Shown here: positions 1 through 12,429 of the stretch, piece by piece
How positions within the stretch are numbered: position 1 is the stretch's first letter
Layout: every line of letters begins with the position of its first letter
Source of the DNA: Trichosphaerium sp. ATCC 40318
Taxonomy: Eukaryota > Protista > Tubulinea
NCBI GenBank assembly: GCA_038496445.1
Contig: JALMLS010000390.1
Coordinates: 50,653-114,652 of the forward strand
Reading direction: 5' to 3'
Length of the DNA stretch: 64,000 nucleotides
Position numbers and translations under genes: made by a program
The notes under the pieces: model-generated
The model's database searches: none
What the model was told of the DNA's origin: nothing
Seen by the model: only the letters and a program-made list of their open reading frames with translations

Positions 1-860
1 CTTTTCATCACCGATCCAGAGCGAGTTACTGTGAGTATTGGCAAACAAATTGAATATTGGAATTTTTTTGTTTTTATGATTTTTTTTGACCTTTTCTTTT
101 TACAGGTTGAGGGTCAGTATCTGAATGCAAATAAATGGCCTAGAGTATTCTTTACTCTTATTCAACTCGTTATGGTTGGTATAATATTTGGTGTTACAAG
201 AACAGTAGCAGCAATTGCTTTTCCTGTATTTATTCTATTATTGGTTCCTCTTAGACTTTACATACTACCTTATTGTATGTCTTTGCCCCATCGCTTGTTT
301 CTTCTTATTGTACTTTTAGTTTTTAAAGATGATGATTTAAATAAGCTTGATAATGAACGACTTGATTGTGTTGCTCCAGCTGTACGTCATATTTTGCTGC
401 ATCAAAAACAAGTAAATTTTTTTGTTCTTTTCATCGAACTCTTCGTTTTTCACGTGCTTGTTGTCAACAACAAAGATGTTGTTGGTACTGCAATATTTTT
501 ATTCTGTGCTATTTGAATTTTGGTTCCGAGCACGTGATGGTGAGTACTTATAATGAAAAGGATTTTGGAGATGATGCTTCCGATTCTGGTGATAGTGACG
601 ATTCACCAGATAGTACCGATTCTACAGATGGAGGCAAAGGAACTCATAAATCAGCCAATGTTGTATTGTCTACTGTTAATACTCCAAAAACCGCTGCTGG
701 CGCTGATGCAATAGTTGATGTTGAAGAATCTGCTACAGATTATCATAGCGTCTCTGAAGGAGATGTAGGAAGCGAAAGCGAAAGCGAAAGCGAAGATGAC
801 GAAGACGATGAAGATGATGAAGATGAAGATGACGTATCTGTCGATTCCTATTCAGATTAA
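1..860 (+). CDS. 3' end of an SLC4/BOR-family anion (bicarbonate/borate) transporter, spliced, with acidic C-terminal tail (partial)
   Basis: Exon LFITDPERVT, GT-AG intron 31-105, then VEGQYL...RVFFTLIQLVMVGIIFGVTRTVAAIAFPVFILLLVPLRLYILP, intron, then FKDDDLNKLD. This matches the HCO3-cotransporter C-terminal pattern (FTxxQ...FP...LVPxR...LxxLD). Asp/Glu-rich tail ends TAA 860; splicing of the last exon is uncertain. Confidence 0.8.
770..833 (+). repeat. Coding microsatellite, (AGCGAA)n followed by (GAY/GAA)n
   Basis: agcgaaagcgaaagcgaaagcgaagatgacgaagacgatgaagatgatgaagatgaagat, encoding SESESESEDDEDDEDDEDED. Confidence 0.8.
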
Positions 861-1225
861 CGCGTTGACTAATTTGGAAAGAGGTTAAAACAAAAACCTT
901 TTAAAATGACGTCAGACTCTTCTCTTGTTGTAATGATAATAAAAAAACAATTTCAGAAAAGAAAATTAATACGTCTGTCCTTATGGGTGAACTGACGGTT
1001 TTGCTTTTTTTTTTTTGGATTTCTATCCACAAATTTGACAGGACCTTTTGCGTATATTCTGATGTTATATTTTTAGACACAGGTTACTTACTTGCTTCAA
1101 AGTGCCGAAAAAGGTTTTTTTGTTAACCTGTGTTCATTTTTTTTCGCAATTTTTCATTGTTTCTGATAAACATTCCGTGTAAAAGCAAAAAAAGATTGTC
1201 GTATAAATGCAATAGATAGCAAGTG

Positions 1226-3143
1226 ATGGTTCTTATACGCGAGTTTCGCGTGGTTATGCCATTCTCGCTTAGAAATTATAAAAAAGGTACAACATTGGTA
1301 TACAGTAGTGCTGTAGTTATTTGTGGAGCTATACACCGAAAATGATCAGAGTAAATGCGCGTTCTCACAGAATTGAAGGAGCTCAGCATGGAGCGATTAC
1401 AACAGCAGCTACAGTCACTTTGGGATCAAAAGGAGGTTCCGGAGTAGAGGTAATGGTAAAAGAACCGTGGATTGATCAAAGCGGTAAAGAAGGTGTTTAC
1501 GCTAAGCGTGTGTATCATTTTGAAGAGTAAGCATACTTTTTTGTAATATTGATAGTTTCTTAACCTTTCACCAGTTGGGTACCAGGATGGCTAAAACTGC
1601 TACTACCAAAGAACGCTCTGACGTTGCAGGAAGAGGTACTAATTTTTGCTGAACAGTTTGATAAAACTATTGTAATTGGCTGATACGCTGTTTAAATAGA
1701 TGTGGTACAGCTTCCCTTATTGTAAGACTGTTATGACGTAAGCAAGCTTATTTAGTCTTCTTTTTATTTTTCCTTAACGAAAAGGGTTACTCTTTCGAGT
1801 ACTGACGTAATGTAGCTCACCATTTCTTGGTAAAAAACTCAAGTTCACGATAGAGTCTTTTCATGTACGCAAAAACTTTTTACTCGCTGCTAAAACTAAA
1901 CCGTGAAACACGGCAACGAAGTACACGCGCCTGCGAGATCTTTTTTTTGGGATTTACCTAAAAAGATTTAGACAAAAATCGGCGCTTGTCATGAAGATAA
2001 TCCAATGAAACTAGATCCAAAAACTTACAAAGCGCGTGGGAAAGTAGATTTCGTATCCTACAAGCGATTACTCAGCTTTACTTGAATTTCACTTCAACTT
2101 TTTCTCACGAGTTTTTTTTGGTTTCCTTGACAGTAAACGATTGATATAACAGAACCCCTCGAAGATTCTCGTGGATTTGAACCGCAGATAGACATGTGTG
2201 AAGATTGTCTTAATTCTAAAGAGATAGGACCACTAACAGATGGTTGGGAGAAGGAGTTTGGAAAGATATGCGCTTACAAGCTCGTAACTGTTGAGGTACA
2301 TTTGATCTTGATTTTTTTTTTTGTAAAAAGGGTCTAACCTTTGCTATCAATAGGTTAAAGGTGTTTGGGGTTTTCAGAGTAAAATCGAGAATTATTTAAT
2401 GAATTTTCAACGACAAGTGTTTCTACGATTTCACAAGCAAGTGTACGTAACCACATATTGCTGTAAAGCCTCGGCTACAAAAACTTGACTTACGCGTACA
2501 TAGATACTGTTCGGCAGATGATTGGATTGGCATGTCCAGCAAGGAAATTGATCACTACGAGCAAGATCTCATCATAAAAATGAATAAATGCTTTGAAGGA
2601 GAGCATAAGGTAGAAAAGAAGCCATCTCCAAAGCAATCACCAGAAACAAGCCCAAAGAGGCAAAGACCAAAATCACAAGCAAATGATCTTAATTCAGCCA
2701 AGCGAAAAACATTGACAGGTTCGATTAAGGCAAGGGGTGTTGCCGTTAAGAATAGGGCTGGAGAGTTGACTACTCGTGCTGGAACGTCTATACGTACGCG
2801 TGCTGATAGTATTAAGAACGCTGCTGGAGAGTTCAAACTGAAGGCAGGAGAATCTTTTACTGGTCTCAAAAACCGTGTTATAAAGCCACATGAGAAGCTA
2901 GAAAAGCACGAGAAGCAAGAAAAACCGCGTGCACGACGGAAAAAAGGAAAACGTAAAGGACGTAAACCAAGAACAAAAAGGCGTCCTAAACCACAAGGAT
3001 CAACTGATGATGAGTACTATAGTTGTGAAGAATCGTTTGCATCTGAAGCAGAGTTTGAAGATTTTGTTTCTAAAAATCACGTCTTTTATGCAAATGGAAG
3101 AGGAAAACATAAGGCTAAGAATAAGAAGCATCAAAGTCAGTAG
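1226..3143 (+). CDS. Phosphatidylinositol transfer protein (START-like PITP) with long basic/acidic C-terminal extension, about 9 exons
   Basis: Spliced translation: MVLIREFRVVMPFSLRNYKK, GSGVEVMVKEPW...GVYAKRVYH, WVPGWLKLLLPKNALTLQEE, WYSFPYCKT, IDITE, GPLTDGWEKE..ICAYKLVTVE, WGFQSKIENYL...FLRFHKQVYC..DDWIGMSSKEI. These are all the hallmark PITP blocks. Confidence 0.92.
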
Positions 3144-3398
3144 TTACTACAAAATTTTTTTTTATTCTTCCTCAACAGAAACCACGAAAAATATAGTATT
3201 GTAAAGCAAACCACACCTTACCTTCTTGTAACATAGACAACTTGATAAAATATATTGTAACTTAACTTCTGTCTACTTAGTGGTTACCTTTTGTGCATGA
3301 GTTTTAATCTTTCATCGTAATCAATGGTGCGCCTTGATTCACAAATTCTAGTAAGATGTAAACCTCAAGGTCCCAATCTTCGTTCCAAGAAATTAAGC

Positions 3399-3545
3399 AT
3401 CAGATGAAGGCATCAAAGCTCTTTCTACCATTCACACCATCAACCTTTGCAAGCCTTCAGTGACAGATGAAGGTTTACAAGCGCTTTCAGGTGTTAATAG
3501 CATCAACTTGGTGAAAAGCACTTGCTGGTATTCATACCATGTTTA
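3399..3545 (+). pseudogene. Decayed leucine-rich-repeat gene fragment, paralogous to 55735-57060
   Basis: Translates as SDEGIKALSTIHTINLCKPSVTDEGLQALSGVNSINL, then frameshifts into ALAGIHTM. This is the same repeat as TDEGIKALSGVHTINL in the intact LRR gene. No start codon or full ORF. Confidence 0.8.
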
Positions 3546-3632
3546 TTTTATTATCATTAAGTGCTTTGTATTTTCCAAACCAGTGCGTCAGCAGCAGCTT
3601 TTGTAATTTTGGTTTTTAACTCCATTTAGTCC

Positions 3633-6544
3633 ATGGTAAGTACTTTCTTTGACTCTTGTGACTTTTTTTTATTTGGAGGTTAACACAACTTTGGAAAGAT
3701 GACATCAAATAAACAGCGACCAACGTATTTTAGCAAATAAAAACTCGTAGTAAACTATTGTGATTGACTCCAACGGTTTTTTCAGTTGGTTTCTTTCCGC
3801 GCTTGTATCGCTTGTTTCTTTGAGCTTACTCTTCGTTTTTAGATATACTGAATATTTGAACGCTAGTAAAGTTGTGACGGACAGTAAACTTAGTGTACAC
3901 GTGCTTTAAAAAAAAGTTTAAAAAGTAATCACAAAAATGAACTAGGATTGGGATACACTTGTGGAACTTTACAACAAGTCTATGACCGAAATCAGTCACC
4001 CAGAATTCAAGGTAGTACTATGAGAATGAAAATATGTTAAAATGATTGTATACTTAGGAGCCAATACTCCTCCAAGCCATCAGGAAGAATAAAATCTTGG
4101 TTAGTCCTCGCGTTTTTTTTTGTTTTTGCCTAACAACCAAGAAGACTGCACTGGCTTTACTTGAAACTTTGGGCTTTCAAGGTATTTCATTTGAATCATG
4201 GGCTAACATTATAGATGAAGGATGTCCTGGTATATACCATGTATTCAGTACGTCACTCGTAATTATTCCACGTGCTTACCAAGGGTTTTTTTATTTTTTT
4301 TCACTAACCTAATAGGCGATCAGTTTTTTTACAAAAATCGATTGTACTCTCACCTTCAAGTCATTGAGCTACGAACGGAAAATCACTGTATTGGTACAAA
4401 AGAGTGTTGGGTTGAATACAGTAACATGGAATTAAGGTGATGCAATATACGCAGAAACATGGACCAGACAATGTTTGTCAAAGTCAACAATACCCAGAAA
4501 CGAGTTTAGATCCATTCGAATACCACTTCCTGAGTACCCTTTTGATAAAGGTAATCAAAAGATTTAGAATTTTATTAACTTATAAATACTCTTTATTACA
4601 CAGGAGATGAAGTAGAAGTAATGTTTACAAAGTCAGGAAAAACTGTCGCTGTAAAGTCATTTGAAGAATCTTTGCACTCAACTGATATTTATTGGGTACG
4701 CCCTGTTGCTCTTGGAAATTGGTGTTTTCATGAGTTATTTTTTGTGCCGAGTATCTTTAATTGATATTTAATCCTTCAGATACCAGGGGTCATTCGATCA
4801 AGAATATCAAGTTCAAACAGACAGATGTTTGAAGTAGGAATAAATGAAAATCCTAAAATTTTTACTTAGTATTTAGGTGGTTCTGGATGCAAACAACATA
4901 CAAGTTGTTAGAGTATTTTCTACCCAATTATCACTAATACGGTCAACCAGTAAGTTTATTGTTATAAGTCTGAACTCAAACGCGATAGCAACAAAACAAT
5001 TGTAAAATGAAAAAACAATCTTTTTTTTTGCCTAATAAACGAACTCAACCTTGACATGTTATGCAGATAAAATACTACTTCACAAGAATAACGGGAAATT
5101 TGAACTATCCAGACACTATGGGCTATCTCTCAGAAGCAACATTTTCGCAAAAAGGTTAGTTCGTACTTAACTTTTTTTTATTGGTTTAAGTTCTAATGTG
5201 GATCTTAGCGTGCCAATAAAGCTCATCACTTGTCAAAAGTGCCAGTGCAGTAAAAATATGACATTTTCTAATTTGAATAAAATAGACGCATCAGATAAAT
5301 ATAACTGCGATAAATGTATCACGTGCGAGCATTGCGGTAAGACACAATTTATACACTTTTTTTTTGAAATATGTTTGAGTCTCATTGTAACGCTCAGGTA
5401 AAGATGGTTGGTCTAAAAAGCGTTGTATGCTTCGAAGATGTATCGCATGCTATTTATCTGGATGGTGTTGTAATTTAGATAGTGCTGGCGTATGTAGTAA
5501 ATGCAGTGAGTACAAGGTACAATATATAGAGCTAGATTTAGAAGACGACGATGACATTCAATTACATACATCTCCTCAAATTCCCATTCCAGAAGCTCCT
5601 CTTACTAAACCCTCTGATGAAAACGTAAGCTTTTTTGTTTGTGCTTTACAACAGTAGTGTACATTTACTAAACAATGACAAAGGAGTTTCAAGAAGAAGA
5701 GTTAAAACTTGATCTTAGTGTGGAGAGCGATTATGATAGTTTAGACTATGCTTCGACTGATTCTCCTTCGGATTGTGCGTTTTTGATAGAGGCATTAGCA
5801 AAACCAGATAAAAAATACAATAGCATTGACGGCAATCGATCACTTGTTATCAAACCGGAGGAACCAGCCAACGTTGAAGTTGAGGTACCATACAATTGTA
5901 GCTTAAATAAACTCACCTGTGGTTTTTTACTTCTTAGAACAAGCCGATTGATGAGCATCCAGTTGTCATGCAGGACATTACTCATAAACCAATATTGCCA
6001 GTCGCATCAACAAAACAAGTTGTTGTGGATTTGACTGAAGAAGATGAAGACGAACAAATGGCTGATTCTCAGAACATAAATGGCCACTCGTCGCCACCTA
6101 CACCTATATCTAACGTCCCTGATGCTATGTTGAGTAATGAATATGAAGAGAATGAAATAATGAAGGAGTTCTCAAGAGGATACAAGTCTTAGAAGTAGAC
6201 AGTGGAGAGCAAGAAAAGATTTTCTTGCAGTTAAAGAAAAAGCGGAAGAAAATATCAAGAAATGTAAAGAACGACTTGCTACTATTAAGAAGAGTCAAGG
6301 GGATTTGAAGAGGAAGACAAAGGATTCTCTAAAGAGGAAGAAAAAGATACCTAAAAGTATTTATAGAGAAGGATCAGATAAAGAATTGGAACAAGTTGAT
6401 GATGTTATTTCAATACTTATAAAATTGATTGATGAACAATTGGATCTATTACCTGAAAGAGAAAAAATAGAATTATACATTAAAGATCAAGAAAAAATAT
6501 TGGCAACGGCTGATACTGAATTAGAAAAGCTTGACAAATTATAG
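3633..6544 (+). CDS. Multi-exon hypothetical protein, possible chromatin reader (Tudor/Agenet-like segment, Cys-rich PHD-like segment, acidic region, C-terminal coiled coil)
   Basis: Chain of GT-AG flanked exons: DWDTLVELYNKS, FDKGDEVEVMF...GNW-IPGVI...FE-VVLD (Agenet-like), LITCQKCQC..YNCDKCITCEHC..RCIAC...CSKC, then a Lys/Glu coiled coil ending TAG 6544. The start codon and domain calls are tentative. Confidence 0.55.
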
Positions 6545-6796
6545 CGAAAAATAAACGGACAAAACAATCTTAATAAAATCCGAATGAAGTTTTTTGTTGA
6601 TACTATTTACCAAGCGGAAGGCGCTCTCTTCAGCTATGTGGATGACGTGCTACCTATAACCTATTAATGTCTTTAACTTAGACTTGAATATTTTTGATAC
6701 TTCTTTTTAGCTCTAAAACACGTGCTGCGCACAAACTCGTCACAAAAACGATTATGTATCAAAAAGTTTTTATTTTGATGGTTTCTTATTTTTTTC

Positions 6797-8035
6797 TTAC
6801 AAAGAAGCCTTCAATAGTGACCCAGCAGGTTTATCTAAGAACCATATGAGACTGTTCTTAGGTGATATTAACTTTGCTGGAATATCACCCCAAGCTACAT
6901 TTTTATCTTCCATAACACGAGCTAGTACTTCTTTTTTTGAGTCACCTAGAACAAAAAACCATAATTAACAATACGACTCATTTTTGTTCAAATCTGGCGT
7001 GCCTGCAGCAACAAAAATTGCAGTAGATGATGCATTAATCATATCCAATGTTAGTGTAATACGTTTTGGAGGCGGCTGTAGATAATAAGTACTCCAAAGT
7101 AAGAAATAACGCAAAGTGACGGAGAAAACCCTTACTTTTGGAGAGTTAGCAATGCAAGCTGCGATGCCCTTAGCCTTGAGTAAGTCATGTCCTGGGAACA
7201 GAGAAGCTGTATGTCTATTCAATTATCAATTTAAGATAACACAGCAAGTAAGGGACTCACCCATCTGGACCCATGCCAAGAATCATAACATCTGTTGAAG
7301 GAAGAGCATCTATTGAAGAACAGCCAACTTTTGAAGATATTTCTGAAGCATACTTCTTTGTTGCTTCTTCCAATGTCAAGCTTGAATCAACTGTGATTAC
7401 AGTAGGTTGTTTAGGGAGATGTTTTAATAGAGCCTCTTTTGTTCCACTAACACGTGTCAAATTGCAAAAAAAAAGCACGTGACATTGCCAGGCGAGACGG
7501 TTTTTTTTTCGTTGTCCGAAACAAAAATAGTTCGCGCTCATTGATTGGGTAACTACGCGAGTAGATAGTGTGTAATTTGGAAAAAGAGAAACACCGTAAG
7601 TAAAGAAAATAGCGTTGAGTCTAGCTGGCAACTGTAGCGTACCCATAGTTACTGTCTTTGTCAGTGAGAGGTACGAAACGCTCATCAGCGAAGAAAACTA
7701 CCCATTTATCCCACTCAATGGTACTAACATGAGGTTCGGTGACCTGAAGTGAGTTTTTAGCGTCTGCTGCTAATACCGGCGAAAAAACGTACCAAACAAG
7801 ACGCAAATAGTGTCGTAGAGGATCCTAGTATATTAGCGATCTATAAATGATAGTTTACGTACCTCCTGACAAGCCTATTGTAAATTTTCCTTTATCCTGT
7901 GAATAATTACTATTTAACGCATCAACATAGACTACTACGCACAGCAATAGCTTTTTTAGATAAATCAACAACAATCTCAGCTAATTGCTGTGATATCTCT
8001 TGTTTATTAGCGCAAACTTTAACCGTTGTACTCAT
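6797..8035 (-). CDS. PGLS: 6-phosphogluconolactonase
   Basis: MSTTVKVCANKQEIS, KFTIGLSGGS, WDKWVVFFADERFVPLTDKDSNY, DVMILGMGPDG-HTASLFPGH, NSPK-PPPKRITLTL, FVAAGDSKKEVL, WFLDKPA. Confidence 0.95.
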
Positions 8036-8120
8036 GATGTGAAACAAAGCGTTTTAAACAACTGCTTAATACTACTGATTTTGACAGGAAAAAACTTCAA
8101 AATCGCCTTGTTTTCCAGCA

Positions 8121-10447
8121 ATGCAGCTAGTGTTCGCTAGTATCCTTTTTTTATTTGTGCCCATAATAATAGCTCAAATGGCACCAACTCCACCTCGTGG
8201 TTGGAACAGTTATGGCACGTTTTTTCAGCAACAAACAACTTTCTCAAACTTTTTTTAACTCTTACTTGATTTACAGATAGTTTTACGTGGATTGTACCTG
8301 AGGAAGCATTCCTTGAGAACTGCGAGTGGATGTCAAAGTAATTGTTTTTCGTTTTTATGCAAAAAGCTAACTAGAACACTTACAAAGAAACCTACTTCAA
8401 CACGCATACGAGTATTGTGTAATAGGCAAGTTTTTATTCTTTTTTAGAGTTCCTCTATAACGGTTCTTGTTAAACGTGTTGTATTAGATTATCTGTGGTA
8501 TCAAGATCTTAAAAACCAGACTTACAATTACATTGACGACTATGGAAGAGTACGATCAAACTTCAACAACAAAAACGTGATACTTTGCTTTTTTCTTGAT
8601 TACTACTTTTTGCTATATGTTTTATTTAACATTGGCTTTGATATAGCTCATTCCAGATCCAAACAGGTGGCCTTCAAGCAAAGGGGCCTTGGTTTTAAAC
8701 CAGTGGCTGATAAAGTACACGCTATGGGTACACCCTTACTACTTATAGAGTTTGTGAATGATGTTAATCTAGGATTAAAGTTCGGTATTCACATTATGAG
8801 GGGCATCTCAGATGCAGCTGTAGTGCGTGTTAAACCTTGTTATTACAACGTAGAGAGTTGATAAAAGAATGTAGGCTGCTAATTCTCCAATAAAAGGAAC
8901 TTCACTGCACGCAAGAGATGTTGCACTAGTAAATGAAAAGTACGTTATAAAAACTTGTTTCTAAATTACCAGTATCACAATAGATGCCCATGGAAGACGG
9001 ACTTTCAAAGTGTTGATGTCACGAAACCTGAAGGACAGGTAAAATGGCATAAATAAAAATGTAAAACTAACACGTGATTGTGTTAAGATGTTCTACGATT
9101 CCTTGTATGAACAATATGCATCATGGGACGTAGATTTCATAAAAAACGACTGTGTATGATAAACAATCCTAATATCTTGAAATGCTGCCTATTGATGCAA
9201 ATTCTTTAGATGTTTGGCGGCCAATTTGTTCCTGATCAGATCAGAGGTTGGTAGAAAATAACCATACCAACGCAACTAACAAACATTTTTGTTAACATTA
9301 GCGGTATCTAAGGCCATATCTAACTCTAAGGCACATTAATCAAATGTAGACATATTGCTCTTAATATTGACATTAACTAGCGCCCAATGGTTTACTCCTT
9401 ATCAGCGGGAACAGCAAAAGAGACTGAGATTGCATCAGCAAAAGAAATATATAAAATTGTTAACATGTATCGGATTGCAGGAGATGATTGGTAGCTGTCT
9501 TCTGGCATACCAATCTGTTAACTAGTTGTTTAAGGGATGTCTGGAAGAATGTTCTAGATCATTTTGATATTACAGCAAACATGACAAGAGCAGGGCTGAC
9601 AGGAGCTCAAGGAAAAGGTTTGTTTTATCAAAAATAATAAAAGAGCTAGCATCTAGCACTTAACACTTACCAAGATGGATTATCGTGGCCTGACTTGGAC
9701 ATGCTACCTTTTGGATGGATCACTAGCCCGGGCAGTACCAAGGTGCCAATTTAATTAAACTTCTCTTTGAAAGAAAAGGACCTATTTTCTGTAGATTAAG
9801 GGCGCTTAAAGTTGGATATTAGGGCCCGTACAGAAACTGCAGTTTGACACATGATGAGCAAACAACCCAAGTACGTATGGTAGACTTATTATTTAATCCA
9901 ACGGCATAGATGTCTCTCTGGTGTATTGCAAAGAGCCCTCTAATGTTTGGTGGTAAGAACAAGATTAGTAAATAACTTAATCACTTTGAGCTGACAGGTG
10001 ACATGCGTAAGATGGATCCGTTTACATTGAATATATTGACGAACAAGGAAATGCTTAACATAAACGCATATTCAAAACAAAATGAACAAGTGTGGAAGAA
10101 AGGGTAACCAAACCAATTTAAATTCAAACTGTTTCTCACTCACCAACCCGCAATAGTAACCAAAGGCTTTGGAAAGCTGTCCACAATGATACAGTATATG
10201 CTGCTATGTTCAATACAGGAGAAGAAGCACAAGAATTCAATCTCATTTTCAGTGATGTGAAGCTACAGGTACAAACTTCTATTTTATCAAAACCAAACAC
10301 AACTTAATTGTAACTCATGTCTTAAAGGGATCTTGTCATCTAACAAATGTATGGAGCCAACAATCACTAGGGTCATTTACAAATGAATATACAACTTCTC
10401 TTAAACCTCATGAAAGTCAAGTCGTAGCAATAAGAGACTGTCATTAA
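8121..10447 (+). CDS. Secreted GH27 glycosidase (alpha-galactosidase / beta-L-arabinopyranosidase-like), about 20 short exons
   Basis: Signal peptide followed by APTPPRGWNSYDSFTW, YEYCVIDYLWY, IDDYGR-LIPDPNRWPSS, GLKFGIHIMRGIS, ASWDVDFIKNDC, RPMVYSLS, NMYRIAGDDW, WPDLDMLPFG, SLWCIAKSPLMFGGDMR, and a C-terminal beta-sandwich ending LKPHESQVV..CH*. Confidence 0.93.
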
Positions 10448-10669
10448 TAAAAAATTGTTTCCCCATCTTATCTTGTTCATACAACTTCTTTAAAAGCGCC
10501 TATAAAGCAATATTGGCACCACTCGTAAGTCCCAAACATAAAGAAAAGCTTAAATACCTGATTTAAAAACGACTACGGGTCAAATCATAAGTTTGAGATA
10601 ATTATTACAAATGAGAGTACAAAGAGGGCCTAAAAACAGGTACATGTGGTTCTCTACACAGTAGTCTAT

Positions 10670-12429
10670 TTAATAGGAAGCTAGAAACAGTCCCAAAGGC
10701 ACCACAAGGTGTGGGGTAGTAGCGGTTTTAAGTAAAACCTACTTTTTACCCTTTTTCTTATTGAAAACTTTATCCCATATTTTACGCAAGACAACCTGCA
10801 GTTCTGCCTTGAGTTTATCATTCTCATCACAAGCGAAAAGTTGATCAAGAGTTTCCTTTTTACGCAAGTAGTCAATCATTTCATTCATTCTAAAAAAACA
10901 TTCATAAGACAACTAATACACTCTACAAGCTAAAACAAGCACAAAAAAAAAAAAGAAAAATAAGAAAAATCAAAACAAGAATTTCAAAACGCGTAAACTC
11001 CCAAAATACGCCAAATTACGTTGGGAGTATTACAGTGCTATTGAGAAAACACGTACTTGTCCATATTTTTTTCAGTCAAGTACGGTCTAATTAATTTATC
11101 GATTTCCTTTTGTAGGTTTGCTATATCAGCGCCAAGCTTATCAGGTTCATAAGCAAACGACATTTCACAATAATCCAAAACATTAGACCAAATAGGTTTA
11201 ATCAATGGAATAGGACTGAGAAGCTCTAAATAATACTCCGTAAGCATTTTATAGTGTAATTAAAATATACATAGTACTGTAAAAGTATAAAACTGCAAGG
11301 GAAAAAAGATCTACGCGTTCAAGAAGAAACTCAAACGCGTAAACAAACGGCTTTTTCTTGTGTTCGAAAAATAAAACTGGCATAAAAAAGCATGTATCCT
11401 CAAGGGTACCTTCTCTAGTAACACGACCATTTTTAAACAAAAGCACAATCTTAACGAGAATACGTATTGTACCATCCTCAATGTCTTTTGCTTTATCTTT
11501 ACCGTCTTTACTCTCTACTACGGCCTAAAACAAATAAGAATTTTAGTGTTTAAAGCGAGAATGTAAGAATTAATGAAAAAAACAAAATATTCTCTGTAGA
11601 CGCCAAACAAAATAAAAATAAAATAAATTGTCCTTAAATGGTTCCTACCTTGATCATGTCCATAACTTTAACACCATCAGAGCCTATAGCGTCCCTGACT
11701 ACTTTTTTTCCTTTAGATGTGCTCATTGCGATACTCCCTGCTTTTTTCTGCATCTTTAGCTTTAGTGTTTGTTTCTAATGTACAGTAAGTCTCAAAATAG
11801 ACTGGTAGTGGTGGACATTTTATGTTTTTTTGTTCACGAGGTTCTGGTTTAACGTGTACCTTTCCCTTTTTCTTTTTAGACTTCTTGTCTTGCTTGACGT
11901 TAGCCTCTATCTCTTTTATCCACTCTTTAGGGGCGTCTGTAAAAAATTGATAAGTGCTGCCATCTTTTGTAACCAACGAGAAGGACTCCTTCGTCTTTTC
12001 GACTTTAGCCGATTTTAAGTCTATAACTTCTTGTGCCTCGTCGTCCTATCCTGATCAGAAACAATAGCGTAAAAACAACACTAAGGCACTCTATAACTAT
12101 AGAAACGCCATGCGTGATACACGCAACAAAAAACCGGTTGAAAACGACACTTTTTGGCTCCAATAAAGCTCAGGTGAATGAGGTGATCATCGGAGCAATT
12201 AACAAAGCCAGTTTTGCGCGAAACACAGTGTTTTGAAACCCGTAAGCCGGATCTTTTGTGCTCATAATAACAAAGTCGTCGGAGAACGTACCTCTTCCTT
12301 ATTTTTGTACAACAGAGATGTACCAGCAATCAAAACCCAGAATTTGCTCCTCTTTTCCTTTGGTGCTACTACTTCAAGCTCCCCTTCTTTGTCAATAAAC
12401 AAATCGCAATATACATCATCGTCACCCAT
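10670..12429 (-). CDS. PH-domain protein with helical C-terminal region
   Basis: MGDDDVYCDLFIDKEGELEVV...SKFWVLIAGTSLLYKNKEE, intron, then EAQEVIDLKSAKVEKTKESFSLVTKDGSTYQFFTDAPKEWIKEIE (PH fold pattern). Further exons lie at 11038-11247 and 10750-10890. The 3' end is approximate. Confidence 0.7.

Noticed and set aside
2134-2136. TAA reassigned to an amino acid to explain the PITP in-frame stop
   Set aside because: TAA terminates PGLS, GH27, galactokinase, CSL4 and Rab at the expected ends, and no other internal TAA was needed in conserved exons.
8140-8150. GTATCCTTTT as a U12 donor in GH27
   Set aside because: It lies within an uninterrupted signal-peptide frame, with no U12 branch site downstream.
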